A stretch of DNA of 64,000 bases from the NCBI GenBank assembly GCA_963667175.2, contig CAXXXF010000015.1, positions 384,001-448,000 on the forward strand, read 5' to 3'. Of this stretch, positions 62,434 to 64,000 are shown piece after piece. Numbering within the stretch: position 1 is the first letter of the stretch; every line of letters starts with the position of its first letter. The notes beneath the pieces were generated by a model, which was given only the letters and a program-made list of their open reading frames with translations, made no database searches and was not told the origin of the DNA. This DNA is from Candidatus Latescibacterota bacterium. Its GTDB lineage: Bacteria > Latescibacterota > UBA2968 > GCA-2709665. The position numbers were made by a program, and so were the translations under genes.

Positions 62434-62473
62434 GATATGTCTTTTGCGGTAAAGGGTATTTCGGGGATGAGAG

Positions 62474-62848
62474 TCAGTCCTGCTCCTGATCCAACACGCG
62501 ACCGAACGCCTCGACGCCGGATACCCGCACCGCCGCGCGGTGCAACTGTTTCAGACGCTGTACGTCGTCGATTTCCGCAACGCGAACCGTCAGTGGATGC
62601 GACCCAGGCAGATTGAATCGAACCTCCAGGACCGCGAGGATGCTGTCCCGAAGCCCCTGCTCGATCCCCTGTTCAATCCCTTGCTCGATCCCCTGTTCGA
62701 TCCCCTGCTCAATCCCTCGCTCGATCCCTTGCTCGATCCCCTGTTCAATCCCTTGCTCGATCCCTCGCTCAATCCCCTGTTCGATCCCCTGCTCTTTGGC
62801 TTCACGCGTGAGATATCGGGCAAAGGACGATTCGCGGATGAGATCCAT
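62474..62848 (-). CDS. Stand-alone Rpn/YhgA-like C-terminal domain protein, 11 GIE(Q/R) repeats
   Basis: AAGGAGG RBS. MDLIRESSFARYL-(GIEQ)n-LEVRF...I.D...L..L...A.....E.F architecture is typical of Rpn/DUF4351-like C-termini. Confidence 0.75.
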   Translation of the reverse strand: MDLIRESSFARYLTREAKEQGIEQGIERGIEQGIEQGIEQGIERGIEQGIEQGIEQGIEQGIEQGLRDSILAVLEVRFNLPGSHPLTVRVAEIDDVQRLKQLHRAAVRVSGVEAFGRVLDQEQD

Positions 62849-62881
62849 GATGCCCTCCTTGTGGTAAGGCGCCGTGTAGAC

Positions 62882-62909
62882 AAGATACCGGATCAGGACC
62901 GAATGTCAA
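62882..62909 (-). promoter_or_regulatory. sigma70-like promoter repeated upstream of each complete cassette ORF
   Basis: TTGACA-16 bp-TATCTT here; TTGACT variants at about 63327-63354 and 63760-63787. Confidence 0.5.
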
Positions 62910-62990
62910 TGAACGAGACGGGACAACGCGCCTTATGAGTGCATTGTCCCGATATGTCTTTTGCGGTAAAGGGTATTTCGGGGATGAGAG

Positions 62991-63293
62991 TCAGTCCTGC
63001 TCCTGATCCAACACGCGACCGAACGCCTCGACGCCGGATACCCGCACCGCCGCGCGATGCAACTGTTTCAGACGCTGTACGTCGTCGATTTCCGCAACGC
63101 GAGCCGTCAGTGGATGCGACCCAGATAGATTGAATCGAACCTCCAGGACCGCGAGGATGCTGTCCCGAAGACCCTGCTCGATCCCCTGTTCAATCCCTCG
63201 CTCGATCCCCTGCTCGATCCCCTGTTCGATCCCCTGCTCTTTGGCTTCACGCGTGAGATATCGGGCAAAGGACGATTCGCGGATGAGATCCAT
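62991..63293 (-). CDS. Stand-alone Rpn-like C-terminal domain protein, 5 repeats
   Basis: Paralog of 62474-62848 with the same RBS. Confidence 0.75.
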   Translation of the reverse strand: MDLIRESSFARYLTREAKEQGIEQGIEQGIERGIEQGIEQGLRDSILAVLEVRFNLSGSHPLTARVAEIDDVQRLKQLHRAAVRVSGVEAFGRVLDQEQD

Positions 63294-63435
63294 GATGCCC
63301 TCCTTGTGGTAAGGCGCCGTGTAGACAAGATACCGGATCAGGACCGAAAGTCAATGAACGAGACGGGACAACGCGCCTTATGAGTGCATTGTCCCGATAT
63401 GTCTTTTGCGGTAAAGGGTATTTCGGGGATGAGAG

Positions 63436-63726
63436 TCAGTCCTGCTCCTGATCCAACACCCGACCGAACGCCTCGACGCCGGATACCCGCACCGCCGCGC
63501 GGTGCAACTGTTTCAGACGCTGTACGTCGTCGATTCCCGCAACGCGAGCCGTCAGTGGATGCGACCCAGGCAGATTGAATCGAACCTCCAGGACCGCGAG
63601 GATGCTGTCCCGAAGACCCTGCTCAATCCCTTGCTCGATCCCCTGTTCGATCCCCTGTTCGATCCCCTGCTCTTTGGCTTCACGCGTGAGATATCGGGCA
63701 AAGGACGATTCGCGGATGAGATCCAT
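63436..63726 (-). CDS. Stand-alone Rpn-like C-terminal domain protein, 4 repeats
   Basis: Paralog with the same RBS. Confidence 0.75.
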   Translation of the reverse strand: MDLIRESSFARYLTREAKEQGIEQGIEQGIEQGIEQGLRDSILAVLEVRFNLPGSHPLTARVAGIDDVQRLKQLHRAAVRVSGVEAFGRVLDQEQD

Positions 63727-63868
63727 GATGCCCTCCTTGTGGAAAGGCGCCGTGTAGACAAGATACCGGATCAGGACCGAAAGTCAATGAACGAGACGGG
63801 ACAACGCGCCTTATGAGTGCATTGTCCCGATATGTCTTTTGCGGTAAAGGGTATTTCGAGAATGGGAG

Positions 63869-64000
63869 TCAGTCCTGCTCCTGATCCAACACGCGACCGA
63901 ACGCCTCGACGCCGGATACCCGCACCGCCGCGCGGTGCAACTCCTTCAGACGCTGTACGTCGTCGATTTCCGCAACGCGAACCGTCAGTGGATGCGACCC
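63869..64000 (-). CDS. Fourth Rpn-like C-terminal domain copy (partial; 5' end beyond the window)
   Basis: Same C-terminus ...GSHPLTVRVAEIDDVQRLKELHRAAVRVSGVEAFGRVLDQEQD, stop at 63869-63871. Confidence 0.7.
   Translation of the reverse strand, partial: GSHPLTVRVAEIDDVQRLKELHRAAVRVSGVEAFGRVLDQEQD

Larger units (their letters stand above)
62401..64000. repeat. Tandem array of at least 4 near-identical gene cassettes (periods 517, 445 and 433 bp); continues past the window edge
   Basis: Unit starts at 62401, 62918, 63363 and 63796. The length differences are exact multiples of the 12-bp GIEQ codon repeat. Confidence 0.95.

Noticed and set aside
62401-64000. CRISPR array or integron cassette array
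   Set aside because: The units are 430-520 bp and near-identical throughout, with no unique spacers or diverse cassettes, no attC-like ends, and no cas or intI gene in the window.

Overview
High-GC bacterial chromosomal segment. Gene content and repeat style resemble uncultured Latescibacterota/Gemmatimonadota/Poribacteria-type bacteria, but that is inference only. From left to right it contains: (1) a sigma54-preceded secreted Ig-like surface protein that runs off the left edge; (2) a small accessory patch with an orphan promoter plus structured RNA candidate, a MITE, and a low-GC proteasome-beta-like Ntn hydrolase with a tiny partner ORF; (3) the ispE-tRNA-Gln-rplY-pth-hppA-rpsF-rpsR-rplI cluster, which lacks prs; (4) a large TPR protein, an NtrC-type activator and a DegP/Q protease; (5) decayed toxin-antitoxin and ABC-ATPase modules between ~230-bp repeats; (6) a phosphoesterase-uvrC-ogt-xerD-sugar kinase-glycosyltransferase operon; (7) hisGDCB; (8) a long surface-glycosylation locus interrupted by an AddAB-like nuclease-helicase pair and a low-GC methyltransferase insert; and (9) at the right edge, a tandem array of at least 4 cassettes. 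Each cassette appears to carry a promoter, RBS, ORF and hairpin, and encodes only the C-terminal (GIEQ)n domain of an Rpn/YhgA-like protein with a variable repeat number. This array is the most unusual feature. Intergenic DNA throughout is built from nested palindromic and short-period repeat modules, one of which has inserted in frame into the TPR gene. All calls come from reading motifs by eye; no database searches were run.
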